Source: a virus (taxonomy: Duplodnaviria > Caudoviricetes). From it: 64,000 nt of DNA. A model generated the notes under the pieces. The model did not search any database. It was not told the origin of the DNA and saw only the letters and a program-made list of their open reading frames with translations. Position numbers and translations under genes: made by a program. The DNA lies in the IMG/VR virus record IMGVR_UViG_3300033121_002338, positions 1-64,000 of that record; one strand, given 5' to 3'. This document shows positions 7,637-17,747 of the stretch, piece after piece (position 1 is the stretch's first letter; every line of letters starts with the position of its first letter).

Positions 7637-9097
7637 TCATAGGTCGATCACAAATCTCGTCTTCGTACCCCCATCGCATCTAGTATAACCATGCTTGGCG
7701 GCATAATCCACTTCACTCATCCCCATTTTCTTAGACTGGTTCCACAGAGTCTTCTTATGCATAATGAACCCATCGCGATCTCTGTAGAAGTAATCGGCCC
7801 TGATCACTCCATCTAATCTCCAGTTGCTCGCCTTGTAAATCGTCCCGGCGTGCCCGTAGGTGCTGTCGGCGAAAGTCATCAATTTCTTGACCGGCAGAAA
7901 CTGGTAGGTCCTGGCCAGGAACCAGGACACCAGATTATGCTTGCGGTAACAGGGATGCACCGCGAGTCTAGTCAATTCCATGATCTCTCGATACTTCACC
8001 CCCTGCTTCTTCGCTGATTCCACCCTGGTTGGGTAACAGTATCTGGCCACCCCGACGATCGTATCGCCGTCCATCGCCGCCACACTGATACCACTCCTGC
8101 CCCCTGAGGCGGTGTGGTGGTATTTGCTGAGGAATAGATTGGCTTTGCTGGCCTCGATCGTCTTGATCTCAAGCTGCGAGAATTTGTAGTCAACAGCTTG
8201 GGGTTGGCGGCCGAACCAGCCGGCGACCAGATGGTGGATACGTTCTGGCGATAGGAATTCGTGCTCCCAGAGTACCTTCAATTCATACTTGTCGGAGTGG
8301 TACCGCTCGATAAAGGTGGCCTTGGCCTGGTCCCTTGAGCGTTGGTTCTCGAATCTCTCGCCGTGCCAGTATTCACCGTGGACCTCGACGAGAATATCAC
8401 GCGGGGTGTGTGGGATGTGGAAGTCGAAAGGCCAGTGGCCGACGGTATGCTGGCGATCGTAGCCGATCCCCAAATTGTCAAGTATAGCTGCCAGATTCTC
8501 CTCTAGCTTGCTCTTGCTGTTCAGCAGGACCGCCTTCGAGTATTCCGGGCGGCTCCAGGCGGCTCTAACCCCGGTGCTGATCTTGAGCTTGGTGCCCGGC
8601 GAGCGGAGTTTCTCGACCAATTTGGCCCGGTACTGCTGGTCTGCCCAATTCTTCTTCGCGGCTGCTACTAATTTGCCCCGGTAGCCATCCCGGACGGCAT
8701 CTAGATTCTGCAGACGTTTGATCTCGTTCGACCGCATGGCGGCGACCGCCTGGGCGCGATAGGTGTTGTCGGTGTGGGCCGCCGTCACTCCGGCTACGAT
8801 CTTGGACCGATATTCATCGGATTGCCAGCGTTCGGCCGTGAGGCGCTGCTGAGTCTGGGCTTGTTTCTGGGCGTATTCGGGCCGCTCCCAGACCGACTTC
8901 TGCTTGCAACTGCGGCAGACGGGGTTGAATGGTTTGCCGTGGTTGATCCGGACTGAGCTGAGTTTGATGATCAATTCTGACTTGCATTCGGCGCAGCGGA
9001 CGATGACCAGGTTCTTCCCGACCGCCTGGGCCAGCCCGTAGCCGAACCTGGCCTCGGTTTCCGCCCAGTCAACCAGATGCACCTGAGCGTTATTCAT
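7637..9097 (-). CDS. Zn-finger/NUMOD3-like + Vsr/DUF559-like endonuclease + Mom-like GNAT fusion (nuclease B)
   Basis: CAEC...CRSC, W..xEYR repeats, FDF...VEVHGEYWH...RD, then FLSKYHH...ELTRLAVHP...NLVSWFLA...TFADSTYGHAGTIYKASNW. Confidence 0.8.
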   Translation of the reverse strand: MNNAQVHLVDWAETEARFGYGLAQAVGKNLVIVRCAECKSELIIKLSSVRINHGKPFNPVCRSCKQKSVWERPEYAQKQAQTQQRLTAERWQSDEYRSKIVAGVTAAHTDNTYRAQAVAAMRSNEIKRLQNLDAVRDGYRGKLVAAAKKNWADQQYRAKLVEKLRSPGTKLKISTGVRAAWSRPEYSKAVLLNSKSKLEENLAAILDNLGIGYDRQHTVGHWPFDFHIPHTPRDILVEVHGEYWHGERFENQRSRDQAKATFIERYHSDKYELKVLWEHEFLSPERIHHLVAGWFGRQPQAVDYKFSQLEIKTIEASKANLFLSKYHHTASGGRSGISVAAMDGDTIVGVARYCYPTRVESAKKQGVKYREIMELTRLAVHPCYRKHNLVSWFLARTYQFLPVKKLMTFADSTYGHAGTIYKASNWRLDGVIRADYFYRDRDGFIMHKKTLWNQSKKMGMSEVDYAAKHGYTRCDGGTKTRFVIDL

Positions 9098-9167
9098 GGA
9101 ACCCCAATACCAAAATTATGGTCTCTTCGTCCAATATATTTTGTCCAATTTCTTCAAGGAGAAGGAA

Positions 9168-9569
9168 ATGTCCGCTCAACCAGCGAACACCGACATCAAG
9201 ATCTACCGCAACGTGCGGGCGCAGCGGCAGCCGCTGTGGTTCGATAGTGTGGCTTCGCTCATCAAGCGGCTGCGTCCGCTGGTGATGGCCATCCCGGGCC
9301 ATGAGGTCCGCGTTGGTGTCATCACCCGCGACACCAGCACCAAGGATTTCAGCCCGTACATGGGTGAAGCACGCAGCAACGCCACCCGGGGTTTCCCGAT
9401 CGTGGTCGGTCTGAACAAGCAAGTGTCCTTCGCCACCGCGCAGACCCAACTGCCGGACGTGGATTTCGCGTTCCAGATCGGCAGCGATCGCTTCATCGCC
9501 AACACCACGGTCGGCCTCGACGGCGACCTGCACAGCGATGCCCGAGACCTCACCGCCGACCAACCGTAA
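9168..9569 (+). CDS. hypothetical protein (MSAQPANTDIK...), target of the duplication
   Basis: Strong RBS (aaggagaagga) before ATG 9168, and followed by a terminator. Confidence 0.75.
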   Translation: MSAQPANTDIKIYRNVRAQRQPLWFDSVASLIKRLRPLVMAIPGHEVRVGVITRDTSTKDFSPYMGEARSNATRGFPIVVGLNKQVSFATAQTQLPDVDFAFQIGSDRFIANTTVGLDGDLHSDARDLTADQP

Positions 9570-9588
9570 TAACGTTCTCAGAGCGGAG

Positions 9589-9618
9589 GAGAGGGGGCAA
9601 TTGCCCCCTCTCTTTTTT
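9589..9618 (+). terminator. intrinsic terminator
   Basis: 24-bp palindrome gagagggggcaattgccccctctc followed by a T run. Confidence 0.8.
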
Positions 9619-11101
9619 GTTGGTGATTGTGTTGCTTAGATCGAACATGGCCAATTCGGGAGCCGCAATGACCTGGAAATCCTACGATTGGCTAAACCAG
9701 AAATACAATGTCGAGATGATGTCATGGCCGGAGATCGCCAAACTAGTTGGGGTGTCCAGCACCATGGTCCGGCATGTGGCCAAGCAATTAGCAATTCCGT
9801 CGAGATCGAACCGGGAAGCCGCCCTACTACACAACCATCTGCCATTAGCAATCATACGCACGAAATACGAAAGCGGCAGTAGCATAGCCCGGCTGGCGGC
9901 GGAGTACGGAGTGGTGCCAAGTGTAATGAGGACCAATTTGTTGGCCGCCGGTGTCTCGCTGCGGACACGTGAAGTTAGCCGCCAACTATCGTTAGATCTG
10001 GCAGCCGATAAGCTGCCGAGGACAGTATGGCGTAATCGGGAATGGTTTGTTGAACATTACGCTGACCATTCCGTGCTGGAACTAATGGAAATCACTGGTT
10101 GGTCGAAGACCTATTTAATTGAAACTGCCAAGGAACTCAACATAAGTCTGCGGTCTTGTAGCGATGCTATAAAACTGAAATGGAACGATGACCAATACCG
10201 GCATAAACACGCGGAATATCTGAGCAACAATCCCAGAGTTAGCGGGCTGCAGCTGAAGTTTTATGACTTGTTGGTACAAGCCGGGATTGATTTTGAGCCG
10301 GAATCGGAGAAGACTAAAATTGGTTATTATAATTTCGATGCGCTGCTGCCGGCGTCAAAAATTCTGATCGATGTGCAAGGGACATATTTTCATTCGAAGA
10401 AAGCGGCCATCAGCCGCGATCGTCAGAAATTCGACTACATCAACAATTACCATCCCGATTACAGAATAGTGTATGTGTGGGAGTCTGACATAAATGACTG
10501 TCCGGAATTGGTTGTTCGCAACCTCCAGCTTAGAATCAACACGCCGCCATTGGCTGATTTTCGTTTCGAGGATGTGACAGTAGCGCCGGTCGGTTTTGAA
10601 GAGTGTAAGTCATTTCTGGACGCTTATCATTATATTGGCGGTAATAGGGGTGGATTAGCTGTGGGGGCCAAGCTTGGGAAAGAGATGGTCGGTGCTGTTG
10701 TTTACGCTCCGCCGCTTCGGCAGAATTTGAGTGGCTGCTATGGGACCGATGGCTTTCTAGAATTGTCCCGTTTGTGTGTCGCGCCGACGAGGCATAAGCC
10801 AAATTTTGCGTCGTGGCTCATAGCACGGTCATTGCGGCATGTTGATGCGCCGTTGGTTGTCGCGTATGCCGACAAGACTGCCGGGCACTGCGGTGGGGTG
10901 TATCGTGCTGCTAACTTCCAACTGCACCACGAAATAAAGCCGGACTACTGGTATGTGAACGATGACGGATATGTTCTGCACAAGAAAACTCTTTATAATC
11001 GGGCTGTGAGATCCCAGTTGAGAGAGGCCGAGTACGCCGTCAAATTCGGCTACCGGAAGCAATTCGGGCTACCCAAGTTGGCGTTCGTGTTCCGTAGATA
11101 A
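9617..11101 (+). CDS. HTH + Vsr/DUF559-like endonuclease + Mom-like GNAT fusion
   Basis: HTH-like repeats, FDALL...IDVQGTYFH...RDRQK, then FLDAYHY...ELSRLCV...NFASWLIA...AYADKTAGHCGGVYRAANF. The true start may be ATG 9647 or 9668. Confidence 0.8.
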   Translation: MLVIVLLRSNMANSGAAMTWKSYDWLNQKYNVEMMSWPEIAKLVGVSSTMVRHVAKQLAIPSRSNREAALLHNHLPLAIIRTKYESGSSIARLAAEYGVVPSVMRTNLLAAGVSLRTREVSRQLSLDLAADKLPRTVWRNREWFVEHYADHSVLELMEITGWSKTYLIETAKELNISLRSCSDAIKLKWNDDQYRHKHAEYLSNNPRVSGLQLKFYDLLVQAGIDFEPESEKTKIGYYNFDALLPASKILIDVQGTYFHSKKAAISRDRQKFDYINNYHPDYRIVYVWESDINDCPELVVRNLQLRINTPPLADFRFEDVTVAPVGFEECKSFLDAYHYIGGNRGGLAVGAKLGKEMVGAVVYAPPLRQNLSGCYGTDGFLELSRLCVAPTRHKPNFASWLIARSLRHVDAPLVVAYADKTAGHCGGVYRAANFQLHHEIKPDYWYVNDDGYVLHKKTLYNRAVRSQLREAEYAVKFGYRKQFGLPKLAFVFRR

Positions 11102-11130
11102 GCCGTTCGTTTTAACCAAGAGGTCACGAT

Positions 11131-11598
11131 ATGCGCCGGGCTATTCTCGTCGGGCTTTTCCTCATCGTCACCGCCGCCCCGGCCGCTGCCCAGTTCCGCG
11201 GCCCCCTCGCCTCCCCATCTCAGGCCACCCGTTATCTCCCGCAGCCGCGTTTTCCCCGCCTGGCTGCTTTCGCCCAACCGGCGGCACCGTTGTTTAACCG
11301 CCCCGGTTATGTGCTCCCCGGGGTTAATAGTGGGCGTCCGCTCGCCAGGGTTCTGCCTAAGGTCATTCAAGGTGCTATGGGGGTGATGACTTATTTTAAT
11401 GTGCCGGCTTTGACTGCGGTCGGGAGTGCTGTGCCGCCGACTATTCGTCTGGCTCACGTACTGTTGAATGGGAGCCCGACTCCGGGCCAGCCGTTGCAGA
11501 CTTTGTTGTTCGTGGCTTCGCCGACAGCGGCGGAGGTGCGTGCGCGAATGAGCCAGCGAGTGGCGAGCGGGGAGCGTTTGTTTTTTAGGCGTCGCTGA
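11131..11598 (+). CDS. putative exported protein
   Basis: Signal-peptide-like N-terminus MRRAILVGLFLIVTAAPAAA; Pro/Arg/Ala-rich. Confidence 0.55.
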   Translation: MRRAILVGLFLIVTAAPAAAQFRGPLASPSQATRYLPQPRFPRLAAFAQPAAPLFNRPGYVLPGVNSGRPLARVLPKVIQGAMGVMTYFNVPALTAVGSAVPPTIRLAHVLLNGSPTPGQPLQTLLFVASPTAAEVRARMSQRVASGERLFFRRR

Positions 11599-11643
11599 TG
11601 ATATTGCCCTTCTCACCAAAATTACAATAATTGAGGAGGGCGT

Positions 11644-12183
11644 ATGGCAGCGACTATTAAGATTAACCGTTTGACTGGCGCTGGGCCGACCAAGACTGAT
11701 ATAACCAGCGCCAATACGGTGGCCAACGCCACCGACAGCCATCAATCAACTGCCTCAAGCTCGAACAACCCGATCCGGATTCCCAGCAGCGGTACGAATT
11801 ATAGTTTTTGGGTCGCAACCAGATTAGAGTGTTCGGTAGCGCCGGCTGGGACAGTTAATAATATCCGTTGGTTTACTGACGGTTCTAACACCTTTGGCAC
11901 CGGGGTGTCCTGTAAGGTTCAGACGGCCACCTCATATATCCAGGCCACTGGTACTACTGGGACCACTGGCGACGTTCTTAATACTTCCAACTATTCATCT
12001 CTGGCTGGTGTCACCGCCAACGCTTTTGGTTACACTTCCGGGGCGACACTGTCGGTGTCTGGTTCGACTTCGGGCACCGGGGATTTCGGCGATTTGGTGG
12101 TGTATCAACTGGAAGTGATTAGTACGGCCTCACCGGGCGTGACCGGCCAGGAGACCTTTACCTGGATGTATGACGAGACTTAA
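11644..12183 (+). CDS. putative virion structural protein
   Basis: RBS gaggagg; 179-aa Thr/Ser/Gly-rich beta protein. Confidence 0.65.
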   Translation: MAATIKINRLTGAGPTKTDITSANTVANATDSHQSTASSSNNPIRIPSSGTNYSFWVATRLECSVAPAGTVNNIRWFTDGSNTFGTGVSCKVQTATSYIQATGTTGTTGDVLNTSNYSSLAGVTANAFGYTSGATLSVSGSTSGTGDFGDLVVYQLEVISTASPGVTGQETFTWMYDET

Positions 12184-12194
12184 TTGGAGAGACC

Positions 12195-12482
12195 ATGAAA
12201 AAGCTGAAGAAAGGCGACCGCCTTTGGTACAAGGCTCGCTCTATGCCTGAATTCATGAACGGGACGTTGCTCTGTATTACCACCGAACCCGGCAAAATCC
12301 TCGGCCTCCAATTCGATGAGCCAGTGCCGGAGTCATTGTCCCACCTGGACTTGGACGGCCGTGGTCGTAAGGGGTACTGTACCTGGGCGCACCCGACTGA
12401 GGTCTATAATGACGATGAACACAAAGAACTGCTAAATAGACAACCACCCCAATACGAAGAACTAGATGAATTAGAATTATGA
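12195..12482 (+). CDS. hypothetical protein
   Basis: RBS ggag, 95 aa. Confidence 0.65.
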   Translation: MKKLKKGDRLWYKARSMPEFMNGTLLCITTEPGKILGLQFDEPVPESLSHLDLDGRGRKGYCTWAHPTEVYNDDEHKELLNRQPPQYEELDELEL

Positions 12483-12901
12483 TTGACATCGACCCGATCT
12501 GCCATTCGGCGGCTGTGGATGCCGGTGCCACCGTTTTTTGGGTGGCCAACTATAAGGACGGTGCGCAATTTTGCCAATTTGATATCGAGAGGGAACACTC
12601 GACCGAAGAATTGGACCGTCCTAAGCTATCGTCGTTTGATCTGTATCACATCAGTGGCCGGCGTTTGGTCCGCGTGGATTTCCAACCCGGTCAATGCCCT
12701 CTCTACCGGCGACGAACCGTTCTCCGTGTCGGCCACGGCAAGCAAGAGGTGGTCCATATTGCTGGTTGGCATCAACACGGCCAAGCTCAGCTTAAATTCC
12801 TATATGAGTCAGACCTTCGGCTGGAGGAGGGTGAGTTTGCTGATAGAGGATTACGGTGCCCCATCCAGTTTATGGAACATGACTTGATCCCAGTTGAATG
12901 A
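12479..12901 (+). CDS. hypothetical protein
   Basis: ATGA overlap with the upstream ORF, 140 aa. Confidence 0.65.
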   Translation: MIDIDPICHSAAVDAGATVFWVANYKDGAQFCQFDIEREHSTEELDRPKLSSFDLYHISGRRLVRVDFQPGQCPLYRRRTVLRVGHGKQEVVHIAGWHQHGQAQLKFLYESDLRLEEGEFADRGLRCPIQFMEHDLIPVE

Positions 12902-12940
12902 TTATCTCTGCGGTGAAAAATATTTTACTGGAGGGAAGCT

Positions 12941-13471
12941 ATGAAATTGGTGCCATTCACTGTCCATATTGCGGTGGTCCCGGCCCGCCCCGGCAAGCGA
13001 TTCGAATATCTGAACGACCTGGCCAAACTAGCCGTGATGGCCTACGATGCGATCGACGGTGTCAGTAGTATCAACCCGGCCCAACCCGGCGGCGGCCAAC
13101 GTGTGCAGCTTGCAGACGTAAACCGTCGAGGCGGGTTAGGCTCTTTTGCTTCCGGGACTGCCGCGAAGCCCCAGATCGGGGCCAACCCCGCCCAACTAAT
13201 GCTGACCGGCTTCGTGGAGTCCTCGGCCGAAAACATCCAGACCTATAGCAACACCCAGCGAATTTCCGGGGGTGAGGTCTGGAGCGGGCCGGTCCAGCAT
13301 TCCAACGACGCCACCCCAGCGACGACCGTGGATGATGAGGTGAAAGCCCTCAAGAGTGCGATCGAATCGGCCCTGGCCACTAACATGCCGCCCAACGCGG
13401 TTTATCAAGTGTTCCGGATCGATTATTCAGGGATTGTCTACGGAGATCGTGGCTTCCATTTCCCACGGTAA
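12941..13471 (+). CDS. hypothetical protein
   Basis: RBS ggaggg, 176 aa. Confidence 0.7.
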   Translation: MKLVPFTVHIAVVPARPGKRFEYLNDLAKLAVMAYDAIDGVSSINPAQPGGGQRVQLADVNRRGGLGSFASGTAAKPQIGANPAQLMLTGFVESSAENIQTYSNTQRISGGEVWSGPVQHSNDATPATTVDDEVKALKSAIESALATNMPPNAVYQVFRIDYSGIVYGDRGFHFPR

Positions 13472-13486
13472 TTTAGTCGCAAACCA

Positions 13487-15076
13487 CTACAGAACTTTAA
13501 CGAACCTCTGTAGTGGTTTACCAATTATCCGGTTCAACCCCATCTCGTCGGCATATTGAGACTCATTCATCTTGAGTCTTTGCGCCTGGTCCCACACTGA
13601 TTTCTTATGATAGCGATGTCCTTCTTGGTCAATGTACCAATAAGACTTGTTTGATAGACCGTCCAGTCGCCACCCGGCGGCCTTGTACACGGTTCCGGAA
13701 TGACCGGCCCCGGCGTCGGCGAATGATATGATAGTTGTGATCGAAGCCGGTATAAACTTCATGCTCCTGGCCAGCAACCATGACGCGAAATTCTTCTTTC
13801 GGTAGTTGGGATGGACACAAAATCTAATTAACTCAAGTGTCTCTTCAGGCTTTTTGCCTAAGCGTAGTGGGGTCTGTTGTCTCGTGCAGTTAGCAAAACA
13901 CAGCACAGCGATTAACTTCCCGTCGATCGTAGCGGCTACTGGCAGGCACGACCTCGATCTGCCTAGATAGTGGTACGACCACAAGAAACGGTCAGTCTCA
14001 GCCCGGTCGTGATCTCCATTGATGACCACGTCTTCGAGATTAAATGGGATTTGGCTCTGTGGTGTCCCTAATATTCCGTCCACAATTGAGGCGATTTTCT
14101 GTTGACCATAAAATTCAAACTCATAGATATAGGACAAATCGTAGTCTTTGGCCAGATAACGGTTATAGTAAGTGTTTTTTTGTTTGTCTCTGATGGCTGT
14201 CGCCGGCTGTCGATGCCAGTAGTCTCCCTGGCATTCGATTAAGACACCTCGCCCCCTCAATTCAAAATGAATGTCGAAAGTCCAAGGCCCCAGTTGCGTC
14301 GGCCCCGCCTCTATGCCGCGTTCGGCCAGCAGGCGCACCACTAGTTGTTCCAGGATTGAAACGGTGGTTCGCCGCGCCTGCGTTTGTGCTAACTTAGTTC
14401 TATAGGCCTCCTCCGCCCATTTTGCCCTGCGGGCTGCGTTGACCTTTGCTTTGTAGTCCGGATTCTCCCATAGTTTTTGGGTACGGCGCGAGATCGCCAA
14501 TCTCATCTCCGGGGTCCCCATTGCTGATTTCATGGCTTTGGATAGGCGTTCTTGGTATTCGATGGTTGATCGACCACTGCTCATAGCAGCCAACAGTCGG
14601 GCTTTTTGCTCACTATTTGACCATAGCTGTTGTAGTTTGCGTCTTGTTACCTCTCTCACTTGTGGGTCGTTGCGGTTCCTGGCCAGGATCTCAATAGCTT
14701 TGATAAGCGCTGCTGAGTCGTTTTGTAGTCGGGCTTTTTGAATCTCAGACTGTAGTGTTCTGTATTCTTGATTTCTTCTCTTGTTCAACTGTGCGGCTCT
14801 GAATATTGGGTCTGCCCACATTAACTGGCTGCTGATGCGTCTCTTTTCTTTGGAGTTGGCCAAGCCGATGGTTATTCCTCTGATGGCCTTTTGACGATGG
14901 GTAGCATCGGTCCATTTTACCTTCATAGAATCGCTGATCGATCTGCCGACGATGCCATGCTTCTTGGCCCATTTCCTAATCGTCGATATCGACACCAGAC
15001 AAATTTTAGCTATGTCGGCGTAGCTAAGGCCCGAGCTGTACTGCGCCTGGAAATCTGCCTTGTTTTTGTAGTCCAT
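13487..15076 (-). CDS. HTH/NUMOD3-like + Vsr/DUF559-like endonuclease + Mom-like GNAT fusion
   Basis: Likely start MDYKNK at 15076; FDIHF...IECQGDYWH...RDKQK; FLWSYHYLG...ELIRFCVHP...NFASWLLA...SFADAGAGHSGTVYKAAGW. Confidence 0.8.
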   Translation of the reverse strand: MDYKNKADFQAQYSSGLSYADIAKICLVSISTIRKWAKKHGIVGRSISDSMKVKWTDATHRQKAIRGITIGLANSKEKRRISSQLMWADPIFRAAQLNKRRNQEYRTLQSEIQKARLQNDSAALIKAIEILARNRNDPQVREVTRRKLQQLWSNSEQKARLLAAMSSGRSTIEYQERLSKAMKSAMGTPEMRLAISRRTQKLWENPDYKAKVNAARRAKWAEEAYRTKLAQTQARRTTVSILEQLVVRLLAERGIEAGPTQLGPWTFDIHFELRGRGVLIECQGDYWHRQPATAIRDKQKNTYYNRYLAKDYDLSYIYEFEFYGQQKIASIVDGILGTPQSQIPFNLEDVVINGDHDRAETDRFLWSYHYLGRSRSCLPVAATIDGKLIAVLCFANCTRQQTPLRLGKKPEETLELIRFCVHPNYRKKNFASWLLARSMKFIPASITTIISFADAGAGHSGTVYKAAGWRLDGLSNKSYWYIDQEGHRYHKKSVWDQAQRLKMNESQYADEMGLNRIIGKPLQRFVKVL

Positions 15077-15089
15077 AGGATATGTTCCA

Positions 15090-15884
15090 ATGGCAATTGT
15101 TGGACCAGCGGATCTCCCGAGCATTATGAAGGTTCGCTCGGAGCCGATGAAAAAATACGTACTAGCCAAGCTCGGCTACCCGCAGATCGACGTTGAACTC
15201 ACTGAAGACCAATTTGAGGTAATCTGGCGAGTGGCCGGCGACTTTATCGCCCAATACTTCCCGCGTGAACAAAAACTTGGGGTCTTTTGGACCCAACCTC
15301 TCAAATCCACCTACCCTTTGCCTAAAGATGCCTACTGGGTCCAGCAGGTAAGCTGGGACCCAGTGACGACCAGGATCGACGACGTGTTCGGGGCTGAATC
15401 ATACCTGTTCTGCTTCCCCGGCGGCACCAAACTGCTAACGACAGAAGGCCCGTTAGCTTGTGAGGACATCTATACCAAACAACTAGGTGATGTTGAGACC
15501 ACGGTGGTGACGCCATTTGGCCCGAGACCGGCCCGACTGCGATGGAATGCTGTCAGACAGCCGATTCAGGTTCTGAAAACCGAGACGGACCTACTGGCAT
15601 GCACACCCAACCATCCGGTCCACATCAGCGGGCAGATGCGTCAGGCTTTCCTGGGCTATCCTGACCTCAAACTGATGACCGACGACAATCGTGAAGTGAC
15701 TATCGTGGACCGCCAGCTAGTGACTACAGATGGGACCTGGTCGGTTGATTTGGGCGGTGGTTATTGTTACGTGAGTGGTCTCGGCAATGAATTCTATCTA
15801 GTTGAGGACGCTCCGTTCCCGGCTGAACCGCAAATGGCCGGCGTCCCAGACTCGGCGGAAGCCGTTTGCGAACATGTTGGCTGA
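15090..15884 (+). CDS. neck/head-completion protein (T4 gp13-like), N-terminal part followed by a mini-intein
   Basis: KYVLAKLGYPQIDVELTEDQ is typical of gp13-like proteins. The intein-like segment starts CFPGGT at 15411. Confidence 0.7.
   Translation: MAIVGPADLPSIMKVRSEPMKKYVLAKLGYPQIDVELTEDQFEVIWRVAGDFIAQYFPREQKLGVFWTQPLKSTYPLPKDAYWVQQVSWDPVTTRIDDVFGAESYLFCFPGGTKLLTTEGPLACEDIYTKQLGDVETTVVTPFGPRPARLRWNAVRQPIQVLKTETDLLACTPNHPVHISGQMRQAFLGYPDLKLMTDDNREVTIVDRQLVTTDGTWSVDLGGGYCYVSGLGNEFYLVEDAPFPAEPQMAGVPDSAEAVCEHVG
15411..15803 (+). mobile_element. mini-intein (HINT) lacking a canonical C-terminal HN/HQ
   Basis: Block A CFPGGTKLLTTEG and block B ACTPNHP. It ends ...GNEFYLV, overlapping the stop codon of the antisense nuclease. 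Confidence 0.65.
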
Positions 15885-17747
15885 TTCTGATGCGGCCGGG
15901 TTAAAACCGGCCCCGAGCAGCTTCGCGAGTTTGTGTTTCTGGCATTTCTGTCTTGATAGTATTGTGTTGCCGCGGTAATAAAAATAGCCGGGGGCGGTGA
16001 ACCCGGCCGCGGTGAAACCAAGCTTGTCATATACACCACCTTGGGAGATGCGCAGGTCGGCGTAGGTGGTGAGTGGTGCCCCGTCGATGGCCTTGTGGAG
16101 CGCCACGAGCAGACGGCCGGCCCCGCCCCGGACAGTCAAGCCGGCCAAAGTAGCCATTCTGATGATCTCGTAACCAACGCCTTGTCGGCTGGCGGAAATG
16201 GCCATGACCGGACCGGCGTTGTTGTGCAGGGCGATGGTGGTGGCGGCTGTGCGGTGCCCGTGAAGGTGGTTGGCGGAGAAGAATCTTTCGGCGTCGGCGT
16301 TGTCCAGGCGCTTGACGCCCATGGACCGGGCGTTGAGCGGTTCCGACAGCCCGATAGCATTGTCTATCATTGAGTACACGAGGGTGGGCTTCTGCTCCAG
16401 TTCGAAGTCGAAGAACTGGAGCAGTTTAATGCCGGCCTCTTTGCAGCGTAGGGCTTTCGTCTGGTGCCGTAGTCGTTCCTGTCCAGCTTCCTGTTGATTG
16501 GATGAATGCCAGTAGAGGCCATGATATTCTATTGCTAGTTTATGGCTTGGGATATAGATATCAAGCTCAAGAGGTGGTATTGTCTGTCGATCGTTTGTGA
16601 TGTAGGTGACTTTGTCGTCCAGGAACGCACTGAGCGTGCGTTGGCCTGCTGACATGTGGCAGACTTGACAGTAACCGTTCTTGATGTGGCACTGGGGTAT
16701 CTTGTTGAGTGTGGTTCCGCAGCGTGTGCAGACAACGTCGATTCGATCCTGCCAGGTGCCAAACCTGGTGCTGTCGTAGTTGAAGACATCGCCGTGCCGT
16801 TCTATGCAGGCGGCCAGAAAGGCCGCTGTGGTTATACCGGTGGCTAGCTTGGCCCGGTATTCTGGGTTCTGCCACTGTCTCTTGGCGATCTTGGATAAGA
16901 GCCTGAGGTGTTCGTCGGTCTTGGCGGCGTTCTGTTTGGCCCGGTATTCTGGGTTCTCCCAGAGCAGCCGAGAGCTTTCTGCCAGCTTGGTTAGATATTC
17001 TGGGTTGTTGGCGTTGTGGCGGATGGCGGCGACCATCTGTGCCCGGTATTGTGGGTCGAGCCAGCGTTGTCGGATGGCGTCCGGGTCGGCGTTATCTTTG
17101 TTGCCTTGGATCACTAAATTGCGATAATCGTCGTCCTGCCACAGGATGGCCATGGCATCGCTGATTTTCTGGCGGTAGGCTGGGTTGCTCCAGTTGGTTT
17201 GTGCGGCTGCGGAGCGTTTGGCTTTGGTGGTGGGGCGTTGGGCGGCGGTTCGGATGCCTGCTGTGATTTTGTCGCGGTTTAAACGCCAGTTCTCTTTGGC
17301 CGATGCTGATAGTTCGGCTTTGCGGTTTTCTTGGACCGCTTTCATGGTCAGGCTGTGTTTTTGTCTCTTGGTCTGGTCTGCCCAGGTTGACTGGGCTCTT
17401 GCCGAGATGGCTGCTGATTGGAGTAGGAGTGATTCTGAGTTTGTTCGCCAGGTGATGTCGTGTCGTTTTATCCATTGCCGGATTGTGAAGCTAGATACCT
17501 TTGCTATCTTGGCCATTTGGCGGTGGCTGTGTCCTTGTTGCAAACAATAAAGTAACCACTCTTTTGATTGGTGGTTGACTGGAGGCGAGACGTGCTGATC
17601 CACTTGTTGCCGTTGGCGGTCGATGGTGCTGCCGACTTGGCCAGCGGTGACATCTATTTGTCCCGCAAGCTCCTTGCCGATCCGGCCCGTTTGCGAGATT
17701 GTCTCGCCCACGAGATCGCTCACTTGATCGTTGGTCATGGAGATCAC
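15798..17747 (-). CDS. Hef-like homing endonuclease (NUMOD3-like repeats + Vsr/DUF559-like + GNAT/Mom-related C-terminus)
   Basis: HTH, many W.NPEYR repeats, HGDVFNY...CTRC, ELDIYIP...IEYHGLYWHS, then FFSANHLHG...YADLRISQGGVYDKLGF. The start codon is uncertain. Confidence 0.8.
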   Translation of the reverse strand: MISMTNDQVSDLVGETISQTGRIGKELAGQIDVTAGQVGSTIDRQRQQVDQHVSPPVNHQSKEWLLYCLQQGHSHRQMAKIAKVSSFTIRQWIKRHDITWRTNSESLLLQSAAISARAQSTWADQTKRQKHSLTMKAVQENRKAELSASAKENWRLNRDKITAGIRTAAQRPTTKAKRSAAAQTNWSNPAYRQKISDAMAILWQDDDYRNLVIQGNKDNADPDAIRQRWLDPQYRAQMVAAIRHNANNPEYLTKLAESSRLLWENPEYRAKQNAAKTDEHLRLLSKIAKRQWQNPEYRAKLATGITTAAFLAACIERHGDVFNYDSTRFGTWQDRIDVVCTRCGTTLNKIPQCHIKNGYCQVCHMSAGQRTLSAFLDDKVTYITNDRQTIPPLELDIYIPSHKLAIEYHGLYWHSSNQQEAGQERLRHQTKALRCKEAGIKLLQFFDFELEQKPTLVYSMIDNAIGLSEPLNARSMGVKRLDNADAERFFSANHLHGHRTAATTIALHNNAGPVMAISASRQGVGYEIIRMATLAGLTVRGGAGRLLVALHKAIDGAPLTTYADLRISQGGVYDKLGFTAAGFTAPGYFYYRGNTILSRQKCQKHKLAKLLGAGFNPAASESANMFANGFRRVWDAGHLRFSRERSVLN

